Of a stretch of 64,000 nt of DNA, positions 1 to 12,220 are shown in pieces. The first letter of the stretch is position 1; every line of letters starts with the position of its first letter. Below the pieces are notes generated by a model. It did no database searches and had not been told where the DNA came from. It worked only from the letters and a program-made list of their open reading frames with translations. Position numbers and translations under genes: made by a program. The stretch spans positions 50,966,001 to 51,030,000 of the forward strand of contig OZ076413.1 of assembly GCA_964187785.1 (NCBI GenBank), written 5' to 3'. This stretch comes from Amphiscolops sp. MND2022 (lineage: Eukaryota).

Positions 1-148
1 ATTCTAGAATTGAGCACTTGAGTGACTTGAAGTTTTCCCTTTGGTGCTCTTCTCCAATTCAGAACAGAGCTAGGATGTCTACAAAACTATATTCTCATTT
101 CGCACTGTAAATGTATATCTACATCCATAAATCATCGCTTAGGTTGTT

Positions 149-359
149 TCAAAAAAGTACAGTAGTTTTTTGTTTGGGTATGTCTAAAATGACGTCATCA
201 TCTGGCTGGCATATGGTCTGTTTACGGAACAGTTCCGGATATAGCACAGACCGCACGTTAGAGGTTGGCTTCTGTAATCTTTCCTTGATGTCTGTCTTGA
301 GATGTTTCGTCTCTGCTTCCAACAGTCGGATTTCTAGTTTCAGTTTCTCGATATTATAC
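149..359 (-). CDS. C20orf96: C20orf96-like, terminal exon
   Basis: TTGCTTTAG acceptor. RYNIEKLKLEIRLL...LYPELFRKQTICQPDDDVILDIPKQKTTVLF* resembles the C20orf96 C-terminal C.PD.DVIL.IP motif. A small exon between 4466 and 359 may be missing from the model. Confidence 0.65.
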
Positions 360-597
360 CTAAAGCAACAAGGCCGTGAAAGCATCTAGCTTCAGATTTG
401 GTTTCATCTGGTTGTTATCGGAGTGGACAGTCTACTTAAATGCACAAACACTATACTGTAGTCTCTAACATGATGCTGACAAAGTAATAAATGCTGCCGA
501 AAGACACTAACTAAATGTCTGTGTTCACTGAAATATCGAAACTGACGTGGCCTATTTTCTTGGGTTGTTCTATCGTTGAACTATCTTCGTCTTGTTA

Positions 598-1236
598 TTT
601 TTAGTCGGCGCATTTCCTTTAAGGAAAAAAGCCCGACTATTACAGTGGCTAGTTTTTTTTTTTTTTTTTCGTCAGACCACAGAGCTCATCGCGTATGTAC
701 CACTTTTTACAGAAACTGATAAGTTCACTCAGGCCAAGTTCCACCAATGCAAACTTACTGCAAAGGGTCCCCCCTTTCGTTTTTTACCTTTTTTACGTAA
801 CCTACAAAACCGGAAGACTCCAAAGGGTCCCCCCTTTCAATTTTTTTTCGGCACTGTGCGAATTTTTTTTTCGAAAATTTTTAATTTTTCAAAAGAGTCC
901 CCCCTTCGGATTTTCTGATATTTTGCAACAAAAAGTATGTTAATGAATCCCAAAGGGTCCCCCCTTTTCATTTTTCGGCACTATGCGACGTTTTCGAAGT
1001 TTTTTCAAAAAAAAATTTTCAAAAAAAAATTTTTCAAAAAATTTTTCAAATTTTTTTTTGTTTCCAGTCGAGTCGGGAAAAGTGATTTTCCAGTCATATC
1101 GAGCATGAAAGGCACACTTTGGGTGTCTCGAAAGTGTTTTCAAAGCTTTTCATGAATACATCCTGGGCATATTTAGAAAACTCTGAGCTTTTTGAGCCTT
1201 AGATATGGCGCCGACTTTAGACGTTCCCGTCTTGTT
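598..1236 (+). mobile_element. Non-autonomous Helentron/DINE-1-like element, family 1
   Basis: 5' subterminal inverted repeat (subTIR) TAGTCGGCGC (602) with nearby inverted CCGACTA (633), internal AAGGGTCCCCCCTT repeats, 3' subTIR GCGCCGACT (1208), terminal hairpin AGACG-TTCC-CGTCT then TGTT. Confidence 0.6.
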
Positions 1237-3607
1237 CATCTATAAGGTGGAAGATTTTTGAAAAGCTGGAAGCCTACTTCAGTAGCACAAGCGCGGTGCT
1301 ATTTTTTCAGGTTGTGTACATTTACTGAAAACGTGTATGGACTACTCTGTAGTGCATCATTACCGGGGGTGGGTTAAAATTCGAAGGGAGTCTCAAGAAT
1401 TTCTCAACGTCAAATAAAGGCGGGATCAAAAACAACCTGAACTCATGAAAAACTTAACGCAAGAGTATTCGAATTTATAACACTACATCTATAAATCAAA
1501 TCAAACTGAGTTGCACAGAATGAAACGTTAGTTTGAAATGTTCCGATTTCGAATTTTTCGGCGTTCTTGATTGATATCTTGATTTGTCAGGAGTTCGAAT
1601 CCAAGTCTGGACGTAGTTTTTTTGAAAGCAGGGGTGTTCATTTTTAGAGGTCCATTATTTTTGGGTCCGAACAGTAGTAGGTACCCCCGGTAATTAAGCA
1701 CTGCAGAGTAGCAATGGTTTGCTGAGAGCTCTCTGACTGCCTTCAAAATAGTGAGAGCAGAAGAATGTCATTATAACTTACTAGTATTCTTTGTTCAAGT
1801 GATCTGTTCATTACTCAAGAAACAAAGTTTATAGTTCAAATGTTAGATGATTCCATTGAAGCTCACCGGGTTTGCCATTTTGCTAACATCAAACCTTAAA
1901 CTTGTTCTGTAAAATCTGTGTGAAATTAGATGATTTACTTGTAGAAATTTTCTAACCTATCTCTAAAAACTATTTGGAACTGAAAGATATACTTCCTAAA
2001 ATTTGTTTGGATTTTTGATTTTTTCCCAAATCCGCCTTCGCAACAGCAAACTTGAACATGATTTTGGATATTTTTTGTTTTGAGTAGTCATGTTTGAGCC
2101 TTTCATTTCAAGGACAAAAGCCAGAACTTTTCCCGCCGAGTTCGCCCAGTCGAATGTTTTTGTGGAAAAGGTTGAAATGAACTTCGTTTTCATTCCCTGA
2201 AAGAGCAGCTAGTACTCCGGCTGTAATTTTTTTTCGGCACTGTGCGAATTTTTTTTTTCGAAAATTTTTAATTTTTCAAAAGAGTCCCCCCTTCGGATTT
2301 TCTGATATTTTGCAACAAAAAGTATGTTAATGAATCCCAAAGGGTCCCCCCTTTTCATTTTTCGGCACTATGCGACGTTTTCGAAGTTTTTTCAAAAAAA
2401 AATTTTCAAAAAAAAATTTTTCAAAAAATTTTTCAAATTTTTTTTTTGTTTCCAGTCGAGTCGGGAAAAGTGATTTTCCAGTCATATCGAGCATGAAAGG
2501 CACACTTTGGGTGTCTCGAAAGTGTTTTCAAAGCTTTTCATGAATACATCCTGGGCATATTTAGAAAACTCTGAGCTTTTTGAGCCTTAGATATGGCGCC
2601 GACTTTAGACGTTCCCGTCTTGTTCATCTATAAGGTGGAAGATTTTTGAAAAGCTGGAAGCCTACTTCAGTAGCACAAGCGCGGTGCTATTTTTTCAGGT
2701 TGTGTACATTTACTGAAAACGTGTATGGACTACTCTGTAGTGCATCATTACCGGGGGTGGGTTAAAATTCGAAGGGAGTCTCAAGAATTTCTCAACGTCA
2801 AATAAAGGCGGGATCAAAAACAACCTGAACTCATGAAAAACTTAACGCAAGAGTATTCGAATTTATAACACTACATCTATAAATCAAATCAAACTGAGTT
2901 GCACAGAATGAAACGTTAGTTTGAAATGTTCCGATTTCGAATTTTTCGGCGTTCTTGATTGATATCTTGATTTGTCAGGAGTTCGAATCCAAGTCTGGAC
3001 GTAGTTTTTTTGAAAGCAGGGGTGTTCATTTTTAGAGGTCCATTATTTTTGGGTCCGAACAGTAGTAGGTACCCCCGGTAATTAAGCACTGCAGAGTAGC
3101 AATGGTTTGCTGAGAGCTCTCTGACTGCCTTCAAAATAGTGAGAGCAGAAGAATGTCATTATAACTTACTAGTATTCTTTGTTCAAGTGATCTGTTCATT
3201 ACTCAAGAAACAAAGTTTATAGTTCAAATGTTAGATGATTCCATTGAAGCTCACCGGGTTTGCCATTTTGCTAACATCAAACCTTAAACTTGTTCTGTAA
3301 AATCTGTGTGAAATTAGATGATTTACTTGTAGAAATTTTCTAACCTATCTCTAAAAACTATTTGGAACTGAAAGATATACTTCCTAAAATTTGTTTGGAT
3401 TTTTGATTTTTTCCCAAATCCGCCTTCGCAACAGCAAACTTGAACATGATTTTGGATATTTTTTGTTTTGAGTAGTCATGTTTGAGCCTTTCATTTCAAG
3501 GACAAAAGCCAGAACTTTTCCCGCCGAGTTCGCCCAGTCGAATGTTTTTGTGGAAAAGGTTGAAATGAACTTCGTTTTCATTCCCTGAAAGAGCAGCTAG
3601 TACTCCG
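839..3607. repeat. Tandem duplication of about 1.38 kb (839-2219 and 2225-3607)
   Basis: Identical ORFs offset by 1388 (1528/2916, 1996/3384). 5-nt junction GCTGT. The only differences I saw are homopolymer lengths. Confidence 0.95.
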
Positions 3608-4465
3608 CTTTGGTTTTCCTCCACCTAGTACTCCACTTTGGTTTTAAATTCCTACCAAATTCTCGGAAAATCATCTAACATCTCTGAGAAGTGTAATAGT
3701 CTGGAATAGTTGAGTATGAAATCAAAACTTGTCGCAAATTTGTCGAAAGCTAGACAACTTTCATTCTTGCTCTTCTATGTACCCTCGAATACTCAAGTCA
3801 TAGCTACCTTGCAGTTCCTGTAAATAGGTGATCACTTTTTCGTTTTTGTTCAAATCACTTAGACTCCTGCCGAGCAGCGGGATATTTTCCGCCCTGAAAT
3901 ATTAATGCATGGCATGTTCTTGAGGCTCGAGCCTGAAGAAGAAAAAGCCCAATTCACCTATTTCGCTTGGTGGAGGTATTCCGTCGTTTTGATTTTGCAG
4001 AGTTGTAGAAAAATAGTAAAATAATTGGTTTAAAAATGTCTCATTTGGTTTTTCAGCTATTTTGTAATTTTGTTGAGTCTTTTTTTGAATGGACTTCCGA
4101 TTTCTCATCAGAAACCTCACTGTGTAGCTAGGTGTTTCGTTTTAAAACTTTTGAATATTCTAAACAGTGAAAATTGTACAAAAATGGTTTGAAAAGGTTT
4201 AAAATTGGAAAATTTTGGAATCTTTGACTACTTGGGGTCGTTTTTGTCATAACCATAAGAGTACAAATTAATTTCGGACGAATATAAGTTTACATTAGTT
4301 GAATTCTGAGGCAGATTTTGGAACGATACCCGGCTCAGTAATTTTCCTTCACCATATGGAAATGTGAGCGGAAAATGAGTCTTCACAAAAATAGTCAAAT
4401 CCGCAGAAGAAACGAATTGGATCCTTTCACAGTCCAATTTTGAAAAGGAATTGGTAAGTGCTCAC

Positions 4466-4592
4466 CGAATAAGGCTGTTATCATCTGCCATCTCCTTCCA
4501 AGAATCGTGCACGTCGTCCATGAAATGTTCTGCAGTCTCGGCTACCATCTTCATCTCACTCTCCTTCCGCTCCAGTCTCATCTTCTCCCTCT
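4466..4592 (-). CDS. C20orf96: C20orf96-like, predicted exon 4
   Basis: Open frame EREKMRLERKESEMKMVAETAEH...DNSLIR, GTGAGC donor, phases 1/2 compatible with neighbours. The AAG acceptor is weak. Confidence 0.55.
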
Positions 4593-5084
4593 CTTCATGA
4601 AGCACAACACTACTGCACTTGCTTTGCTTGCTCACAGTTTCTAATTGTGAGCTAGCACAGTTTTGTGTTCATAAGTCTCCTAGTTTCACTAATGTACCTT
4701 TAATTATGTATTTCACTCATTCCAGTGGAGTTTGCTGTAACCTAATTCTAGAAAGTTCTAAGTTTCGAAGTTGAATGTAAGGACTTCGAGTGAAAAATAT
4801 ACCCTACTATCTTCTCAAAGTTTCCCTTGTTTACTTTTGAAACATCTAAGATTGGAAGAACAAACGTTATAGAGGCACAGTCAGATTGTGGAAATAAAGA
4901 CCTCCGAATAATTTCGAATAAACCTACATACAACAATGGTTTTCTCTGTTAGTTTCATCAATAACTTCTAATAAGAATTCCTCATTATGCAGATTTTTTT
5001 ACCAATTAGAGAAAGTTCTGTTAAATTTTTGTTCTCTTATTCTTGACCACATAAAATGATCTAAAGGAATTAATCAAAACTTAC

Positions 5085-5632
5085 CTATGTTCATAACCTC
5101 CATTATATCAGCTATGTGTTTCTCATGTTTCCTTCCCATCGTCGATAACTCTCTCTCCAAATGCTCGATCTCTGCGTTGTTTTTGAAAAAGGCGTCTTCC
5201 TTGTAAGTCAGGAGAATGTTCAACTGGTTCTTAGCCTCCATAATCTTCAAATCAATGTCTTTATCTTCATTTCTCAGATCCCGAATCTTTTCACTGACGA
5301 GAACCCTCGTTTCTTCGACTTCTTTCATCAACTCTTCTTTCTGCAGCTCGAATAGCTTCTGTGCACTTTCAGCAGCTCCTCTGAACTTGCCATACTTGAC
5401 GATCAAGTTGTAGACTTCTTTATGAACGTCAGACTCATTTTGCATGATTGTTTCTTGCTCCTTCACGTTCATGTCTAAAAGCACGTCTCTGCGTTCCTCC
5501 ATTTCTGCCAGGTGTTTTTGGGCGACTTTGATTTGGGTTCTGAGCAGACTGAGTTCACCCTGTATCTTCTGCGCTCTGATCTCGTCAGCCCGTAATTTGG
5601 TTCGAGGCAGCCAAGGATGTTGACAAACACTA
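5085..5632 (-). CDS. C20orf96: C20orf96-like, predicted exon 3 (long coiled coil; acceptor uncertain)
   Basis: Lies in the 205-aa ORF 5074-5691. Heptad-rich, includes QLNILLTYKEDAF resembling the family's L.TYKD.EYP motif. GTAAGT donor at 5084. Confidence 0.7.
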
Positions 5633-6383
5633 CTGCACGCTGTTTCTGGGCGACCGAATTTCGCACCGTACCTTGACACAAATAGCTTCACGGTTTCTAA
5701 GTCATTTTGAAATCCTTTCTCCTATTGCCCCAGCGGACCGTTAACCCCTTCCCCGTTGTTTCTAAAGGTAAACATTATTTGCGGCTAGCTCGTGCTAATG
5801 GCAGGTTTCTGTCAAAGTGAAGCTAACTGTTCTGAGTAGTTGGTGGCGGTTAGGGGGAGGGGGTTATGCGATTCCCTGCATAGATGCAAGAGGCGGATAT
5901 GAAAAAACTTCAACTACTTCAATCTTCGCTGTACGTTGGCGCTGGAAATATTGCTGGTGCATTTTCTATCAAAATTATTGAGTGAATCTTGAAATTTAAG
6001 TACATATTTATTGTTCAACATGCTAGTGGAAATCTTTTTCAGGTATAGAAATATAAGTTCTTTGCTGGAACAAAAGTGACATTCTATCAAGGTGAAGTGA
6101 TCAAGTTAGCTGTTTTATTAAACTAGGGACCGATTATCAGATTTTTGCCACTAATTTGGTTCATGAGTAGTGGTATCGTGAATGGAATCTGGTAATTCGC
6201 CCTAAATTTTCAAAAAGAAAGATCGAGTTGAAGATATATAGATCACAAAGCTACTTTTAATCGTCTGTTTGATAATTGTAATTTTTTTCCTGTTGATTTT
6301 TTTAAATTTGAAAGGGGTACCGGTATAATTTAGTTTCGATAATCTAGGGAAATTATTGGAAACTTTTCATCAGTGGCTCTCAC

Positions 6384-6538
6384 CTGTCTAAAAGGACGTT
6401 GGGCTGACTTTTTACGAATCTGCGCACCACGATTTTCTCACCGGGTTTTCTTCGGGTGGTGATGCTACTGGATTCGGGGCCTCTGGACCATGGGTCATAG
6501 TTGGTGTCCACTGTAGGCTGTGGAGGGGGCTGGGCCGC
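6384..6538 (-). CDS. C20orf96: C20orf96-like, predicted exon 2
   Basis: TTTTGTTCAG acceptor and GTGAGA donor. Open frame AAQPPPQPTVDTNYDPWSRG...NVLLDR ends in phase 2. Confidence 0.6.
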
Positions 6539-7023
6539 CTGAACAAAAGCTATCAAATGATAGAGACATGAGAAATGTCAAGTATTGAATCAGAACCATT
6601 GAGATGAGCTTTCATGGAATCACGAGTCATGTGCTGCATGACGATGTCAAAAATAAAGTGATGGTTTTATTGCTTTTAAACTGTCTTCTACAATTTTTCT
6701 TTGATTAATAAATAAGGACGCTTCAATTTTATAATTTTGCGTATCTTGGGGTACAGCAAAAACTCGGAAATGCTGTTTGAATTTTTGAACAAAAAATATG
6801 GAAAGTAAAGATCTTTGAATTTTAGATTTTTGTAACAGCTTTTCTTCAGTTGGAAACAAGTCATATATCTCAATTTAGTAGAACAGAAACTTGCTCTTTG
6901 TCACCGTGCTTTGAACTAATGCTACAAAACTTTTGAAAAAAACTTCATTGGTTTTAAACGTGTTTTTTTTTCAATAAAAAACGTTTTTTTTCCAACTCTG
7001 CATCTTACTCATAATTTTCTCAC

Positions 7024-7152
7024 CGGTGTCTCTTCCTTGGCAATTGTTTGTGGGGACCGGGCATCACGTGACGTCACCTCTGCTACTTCCACTTTGTCTG
7101 CAAAAGTTATCTGCCGTTCCAACTTGGGGAGAGATGTTTTGCTGCTCTCCAT
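7024..7152 (-). CDS. C20orf96: C20orf96/DUF4618-like coiled-coil protein, predicted exon 1
   Basis: ATG at 7152 (MESSKTSLPK...EETP), 43 codons, GTGAGA donor in phase 0 matching the next exon. Confidence 0.55.
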
Positions 7153-9532
7153 CTTGTGTTGCTTTCTTCTAATACCGTATTCGTTCGAATCAACGCCGAC
7201 TTCGAATTGAAGCCGCAACAAATTTCACTTGCAAACGTGTAGTGTAGGTCGCATCACAAAGCCGCATTCTTCCAAAAATCACTTCATAATCACTGAAACC
7301 TATCATGTAGTGTCATGATATACATGATACAAAAATTCTGTGACACCTAAACGTGATGTGAACCAATCTAAATGACCAGCCAGGACCTGATAAAATGCTT
7401 AAAACTGTGGAGGATAAATAATTCAACCGTATTATAAACTTCAGATACAGTCCGTTGTCAAGCGTTTTTTTGCTATCAAAACCCAAAAGCAAACTAAGAT
7501 TTATAATCGAACTGTAAGTTTATAATTTAGCTCTTCAAAACTGTTCTTACTCTCCTCCAAGTGTCTAAGGTCTAAGTGTTTCTAATTTAGCCTTTCAAAA
7601 CTATTTCCTCCAAGTGTCTAAGACGAAACAATGAATTTTTCCATTACGGAGGCTAAAGAATTTCTTCAATTTCTCTACAAATCTCTGACTGAAATAAAAT
7701 TCTGCAAAGCACTCAACCGCCAGGCAGGACATGACATGAAGCAATCTCATTAGTGACCGAAACTTTCAAATAAAGGTCTTAATTACAGTTTTTGTTCAAA
7801 AATGTTATCGGAGTAAGAATATGGGCGTCTTCGTTGTGAATTGATTTTCGAATGTGAAACAAAAGGTCAAATTAGTTAGAAGGAAGCAATTAGGAGCGGC
7901 TGAATGTCAAACGAATACGGTATAAAGATCGGTATTCCCGAAGTAGGGTTGGTCAAAAATAAAAAAACGATTGTGTTCCTTTCGACAGATTCATCATGTA
8001 CTGGATTGGATCTACATTATTGTGATGGTACGTCTGGTTTTGGTACGTTTCAGATGATGTAAGAAAAATGCTTTAATGCACCGTACGCATTTTAGTGCGT
8101 TTGTATAATGCGAGACATTTCAACCACTGCGAGCAGCTTGTTGTAAAGAAGACGAAAAACGCGCGTGCGTTTTTCACTATTTTCATAATGCTAAATATTA
8201 GTTTGAATTAATCAGTTTCGTCGGGAGTGGTGATATTTCCTTGTGCCTTCTTGCAAGACTAAAACAATCGAGAACTGTGGAAAACATCTTCGAGGATGGA
8301 GGTGTAAAACGGACTTTCTTTTTCATGACAAAAACACGAGTTATTTGGTCTCAATTTGCTAATTTAGAAGTTTTCATCGTTTTACGTAGTTTTTGTTTTT
8401 AAAAATAAATTTTGTGTGTTACCTTTTTTGTTTCTGACCTCTGCGTCACGTCACGGCAGGAATTCATCTTGAATCGACACTTTTTTCTCTGCGGTGTAGA
8501 GTAGTATCCAAGAATCAAAACAAGGTAATTTCAAAATCGGATATCTCAAAAAACGGCAGTGATTTGAAAAAAAGTCACCAGTAGTAGCGTTTCACTTCAT
8601 GAAGCGCCGACTAAAAATTGTAACAGCAAAAGTGTCTTTTCTCTTAGAACGCTACTGTGTATGTACTGTAAACAATTTAATCGACTGCATTGGAGATACA
8701 AGCGCGGCTTTTCCTAGAGGGTATCACCGACAACCATATCTCGCATTATTCACAGAGGAGACGCTGTACTTCTCATGAATAAAAGCACCCAAACTTTTAG
8801 TAATGATGCAATAGTCGATCACTGAAACAGAAGTCCGTGTCTTTTCCGTTATTTCCTCTCCACTTAAATTCTAGGATCTAAAAAAATCAAATAACTTGCT
8901 AATAGTAAAATGCATGAAATAATATTGATTTTTATGGTTACTTCTCAAAATCTCCAAACTTAAAAATCTAAATGAAAGAACCTCAAAACATGACGGCTGA
9001 CTCGACTTTCTTCCTTCAGATAATTTCCCTCTGTCCTGTATTTAGGGTACTATCGGTTGTGAACGAGTAGAAAATCACGATTCCCTAATTTTAATTTTAA
9101 TTTTAATTTAGAATTTCAACTTGAAGCATGAAATATAAAAGTTGGAGATCCTAACCTGAGATATTGGAATTTTTGACTTCATAATGATCAAATAATGTAA
9201 ATGAATAATTTTATATGAATAAAAAGGTTGTCACTGGTCTGGAGAAATTGAGTGATTACTTCAAGGAAAATATTCTCGGAATCTCATCGAAATTATTCGC
9301 AATAACCAATTTTGCAGTATAATTTCTCGAAAGTAGGAAACACTAGAAAGCTCAGTAGTGATGAGAGTATCCCTCTTGTTTTCTGAACCATAACGTTGAG
9401 TCATGTGAACAGATGAGTATTGCATGTGTGAAGTAATTGGAGGCTATCAATTCTTCAGTTGCTGATCAATTTCAGATATTGTTTGGGATTTGTTTTGTGC
9501 TCTTTTGTGAGAGTGTTGAAGAAGCGTCCCTA

Positions 9533-9622
9533 ATGTCTCCTAAAAGTGCTCTTGTCTTCTTGGCTGAAGGTGCCGAAGAAATGGAAGTTGTCATCATAGT
9601 GGATACTCTCCGGAGAGCAAAG
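9533..9622 (+). CDS. PARK7: DJ-1/PARK7 exon 1
   Basis: MSPKSALVFLAEGAEEMEVVIIVDTLRRAK with conserved Glu18, 90 nt, GTAGGC donor. Confidence 0.95.
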
Positions 9623-10511
9623 GTAGGCAAAAATGTTGGAACCACAACCGAATTAAGAGGTTCGTCTTGCTTTTCTGACGTCATTTCAGTTCAACCCAAT
9701 AGACCCGGGCATGTTTGTGCAAGTTTTCGAAAAACTTGAAAAGTTCATTTTTCCAATTTTCAGAAATACTTGTTAGAAATTTTCAATGGCTTCTATTTCC
9801 ACAACTACACATCAGAGATATGAACTATAGCGCGTTTGAAAGGTCTGATACTAGATGGGCTTGTAGTAACAAGATCGTATTATGTGGTTTTGTTGCATGA
9901 GGCCTTGTTGTGCGAGGGTACGGAGTTGCGGCATATGCGTCGAGGAGTTCCCAGAAAATTGACGTTCGACGAAAAATGAGCTTTTGAAGAATATAACCAC
10001 TTTTTAGTGACTAATATAACTAAATGATGTTTCTGTGCGTCTGTCATAATAGAAAACATACCTCGGATATTCAATTGCTTCCGTTTTTGATAAACCGCTC
10101 GATTTCAATTTCAACCGAATTAAATCAGTTTTTTCGAAACATCATGGGTGTATGTTTTTTTTATGTTTTGGATAAGAAAAAGCGTTTTAAAGCCCAAAAG
10201 GCCCCCTTCGGTTTTTTTTTGCGGCTTTGAAGTACATTCGCTTATTTTGAGCCCTAAACGGAGCGCCGACTTCTGCCGTTTATGGTTTGTTTTTGAATTT
10301 CTGATTCCTTCACGAGAAATTATGTTTCAAAAGATGCTGAAGTGCAAATTTTCTCAATTCTCCTGTTCAAGGCTCCTTTATGACGCTCATTAAGATTTCT
10401 GAGTGAGCTGGATTATTAACACCCCTTAAATACTTTTTAGTCGACGCTTTAGGAAAACGTAGCCAGACTATAGTGTTGGCTTTTTAAGATCACAAGCGAA
10501 CTGACGATTTT

Positions 10512-10897
10512 TATTATTTCTGCGATAGCATGAATATTATTGAAATCTCAAGAATTCTACTTTTTTTCAGTACAATTCTTGTGATACTGAAAAATTCAGA
10601 TATTTTCTGCAGTGACTATAAGCGTGAGAATTAAATTTCTCAAGCTGTCGACGACAATTCAATTCTCGTGCGATGAAGCGAGCAAGTGGTATTTTAGGTT
10701 TCGTACGCCGAGTTATTGAGATGATGCGAATGAGTGTTAATTATTCGTTCTCGGAGATTTAAAGGCGGTATAAACTGGTAGTGATTAATTGTGCGCTAAG
10801 TAATGATTAAAGAGGAGTGATTGGTATTCCAAATATGATTCTATAATTAACGAAAGATTAAAGCAGAAATAATAGTGTGCACCGGAGGGGCCTATTC
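10512..10897 (+). mobile_element. Non-autonomous Helentron/DINE-1-like element, family 2
   Basis: 5' TATTATTTCTGC with adjacent inverted segment, 3' GCAGAAATAATA then a short GC hairpin and TATT. Related copies at about 11310-11607, 13200-14324 and 34133-34584. Confidence 0.55.
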
Positions 10898-10941
10898 TAT
10901 AAATCTACAATTTTCTCAATCGTTGTCCGCCTTTTCACTCA

Positions 10942-11036
10942 CTAGCCGCTTGACCTAATGGTTCGCAGAGGTGTCTGTTCATGGTGGCAGTGCCCGGGAA
11001 TCAGACGTTCGGCGATTCGAATCCCAGGGTGATCTA
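10942..11036 (+). pseudogene. tRNA-like sequence (pseudogene or SINE head)
   Basis: A-box-like TGACCTAATGG, B-box-like GATTCGAATCC, stem GTCTG/CAGAC around an oversized loop, poor acceptor stem. Confidence 0.35.
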
Positions 11037-11798
11037 AAAAATTTTCGTTTCAGCACATCTAGACTGAGTCAAAGTTTTTTCAAGACTATGTACGACTTTT
11101 GCCAGAAAACTTTTTGCAAAAAAATCGGGAAACAGTTTTTCACATTTTTTTGAGAATATTGCCAGTTGAGGAACAGCGTAGCCGTAAATGTTATTTTCTT
11201 CAGACTTCTTTCGACCCGCTTTTGTCGCCAATTTTAATTCCATCAAGCCAGCTCTACTGCAAATCGTTAGCTAGTTCATATAATTCTCGTAGCAGCGGGA
11301 CAGCACTTTCATTGAAATGAAGCGAACGAGTGTTGTATATTCGTACGCCAAGAGCTTCGCCTTCATTCAAATACGAATGCGAAACCTCATAAACGCTTAG
11401 TAGTTGTATTTTTCTTCAAGTAACAAAGCTTATTTATAATCCGTGAAGAATCAAAGGCGGTGTAAACTGGTATAGTGATTATTTGTGCACTATATGATGA
11501 AATATGAGTGTATGATTATTTCAGATATGTTTTTCATTGAATTTTGAAGTTAATGGTGGTTGTAGCCTAAAGCAGAAATAATACTGGGCCACACAGTGGC
11601 CTGTTTTAAAAGAAATGACATCGAAATTCAAAGATCAACGTTTTTCTGTATTAATATACATACTGATCGTATGCCGTGTAGCTGAAAATTTCGAAGTTCC
11701 GACAGGTTATCGATAGTATCCAAAATTATTATAGAAATAACCAAATAAGTGATCGAAAGAAATCTACACTTCCGGGAATAAATTACTGCTCTGTTCAG

Positions 11799-11897
11799 AT
11801 CAGTGTTACTGTAGCTGGCATCGGTGACTCACTGGTCAAGTGTTCTCGTGATGTCGTCATCAAGGCCGATGTACAACTTTCGTCTGTCGCCGACAAG
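11799..11897 (+). CDS. PARK7: DJ-1/PARK7 exon 2
   Basis: TTCAG acceptor, ISVTVAGIGDSLVKCSRDVVIKADVQLSSVADK, GTGAGA donor. Confidence 0.95.
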
Positions 11898-12163
11898 GTG
11901 AGATCACATTCAATTACACGTCAACTTTTTTCTTCGTTTCAATTATTTCTAAGTCCTGTGATGTTTTTTCCCTCTCAGTGAATTATTTCTACTGCTAAAT
12001 ACCTAAATAAAACTGTTTTGAAATGTTTTACTGTAATGCCATGCATGAGTCCGAACCATTAATCGGAATTTAATTTTGGCTAGTATTGAAAAAGCTCTTT
12101 ATTAAGCTTATTGATATAGGTGGTAATATTTTCTCCAATGATTAATTTTACTCAATTGTTCAG

Positions 12164-12220
12164 GAATTTGACGCTGTCATTGTTCCGGGAGGTGCTAAAG
12201 GATCTGAAACTCTGGCCAAG
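12164..12220 (+). CDS. PARK7: DJ-1/PARK7 exon 3
   Basis: TTCAG acceptor, EFDAVIVPGGAKGSETLAK (PGG motif), GT donor. Confidence 0.95.

Noticed and set aside
750..1000. Regularly spaced AAGGGTCCCCCCTT units resembling a CRISPR array
   Set aside because: Eukaryotic context, the spacers resemble each other and there are no cas genes. These are internal repeats of the family 1 element.
3750..3935. Candidate additional C20orf96-like exon(s) with good acceptors
   Set aside because: No donor gives a phase compatible with the terminal exon, and the frames end in stops.
4606..5638. Identical 13-mer AACACTACTGCAC upstream of two C20orf96-like exons (4606, 5626)
   Set aside because: Several chance 13-mer matches are expected in 64 kb, and the two sites do not give consistent splice phases.
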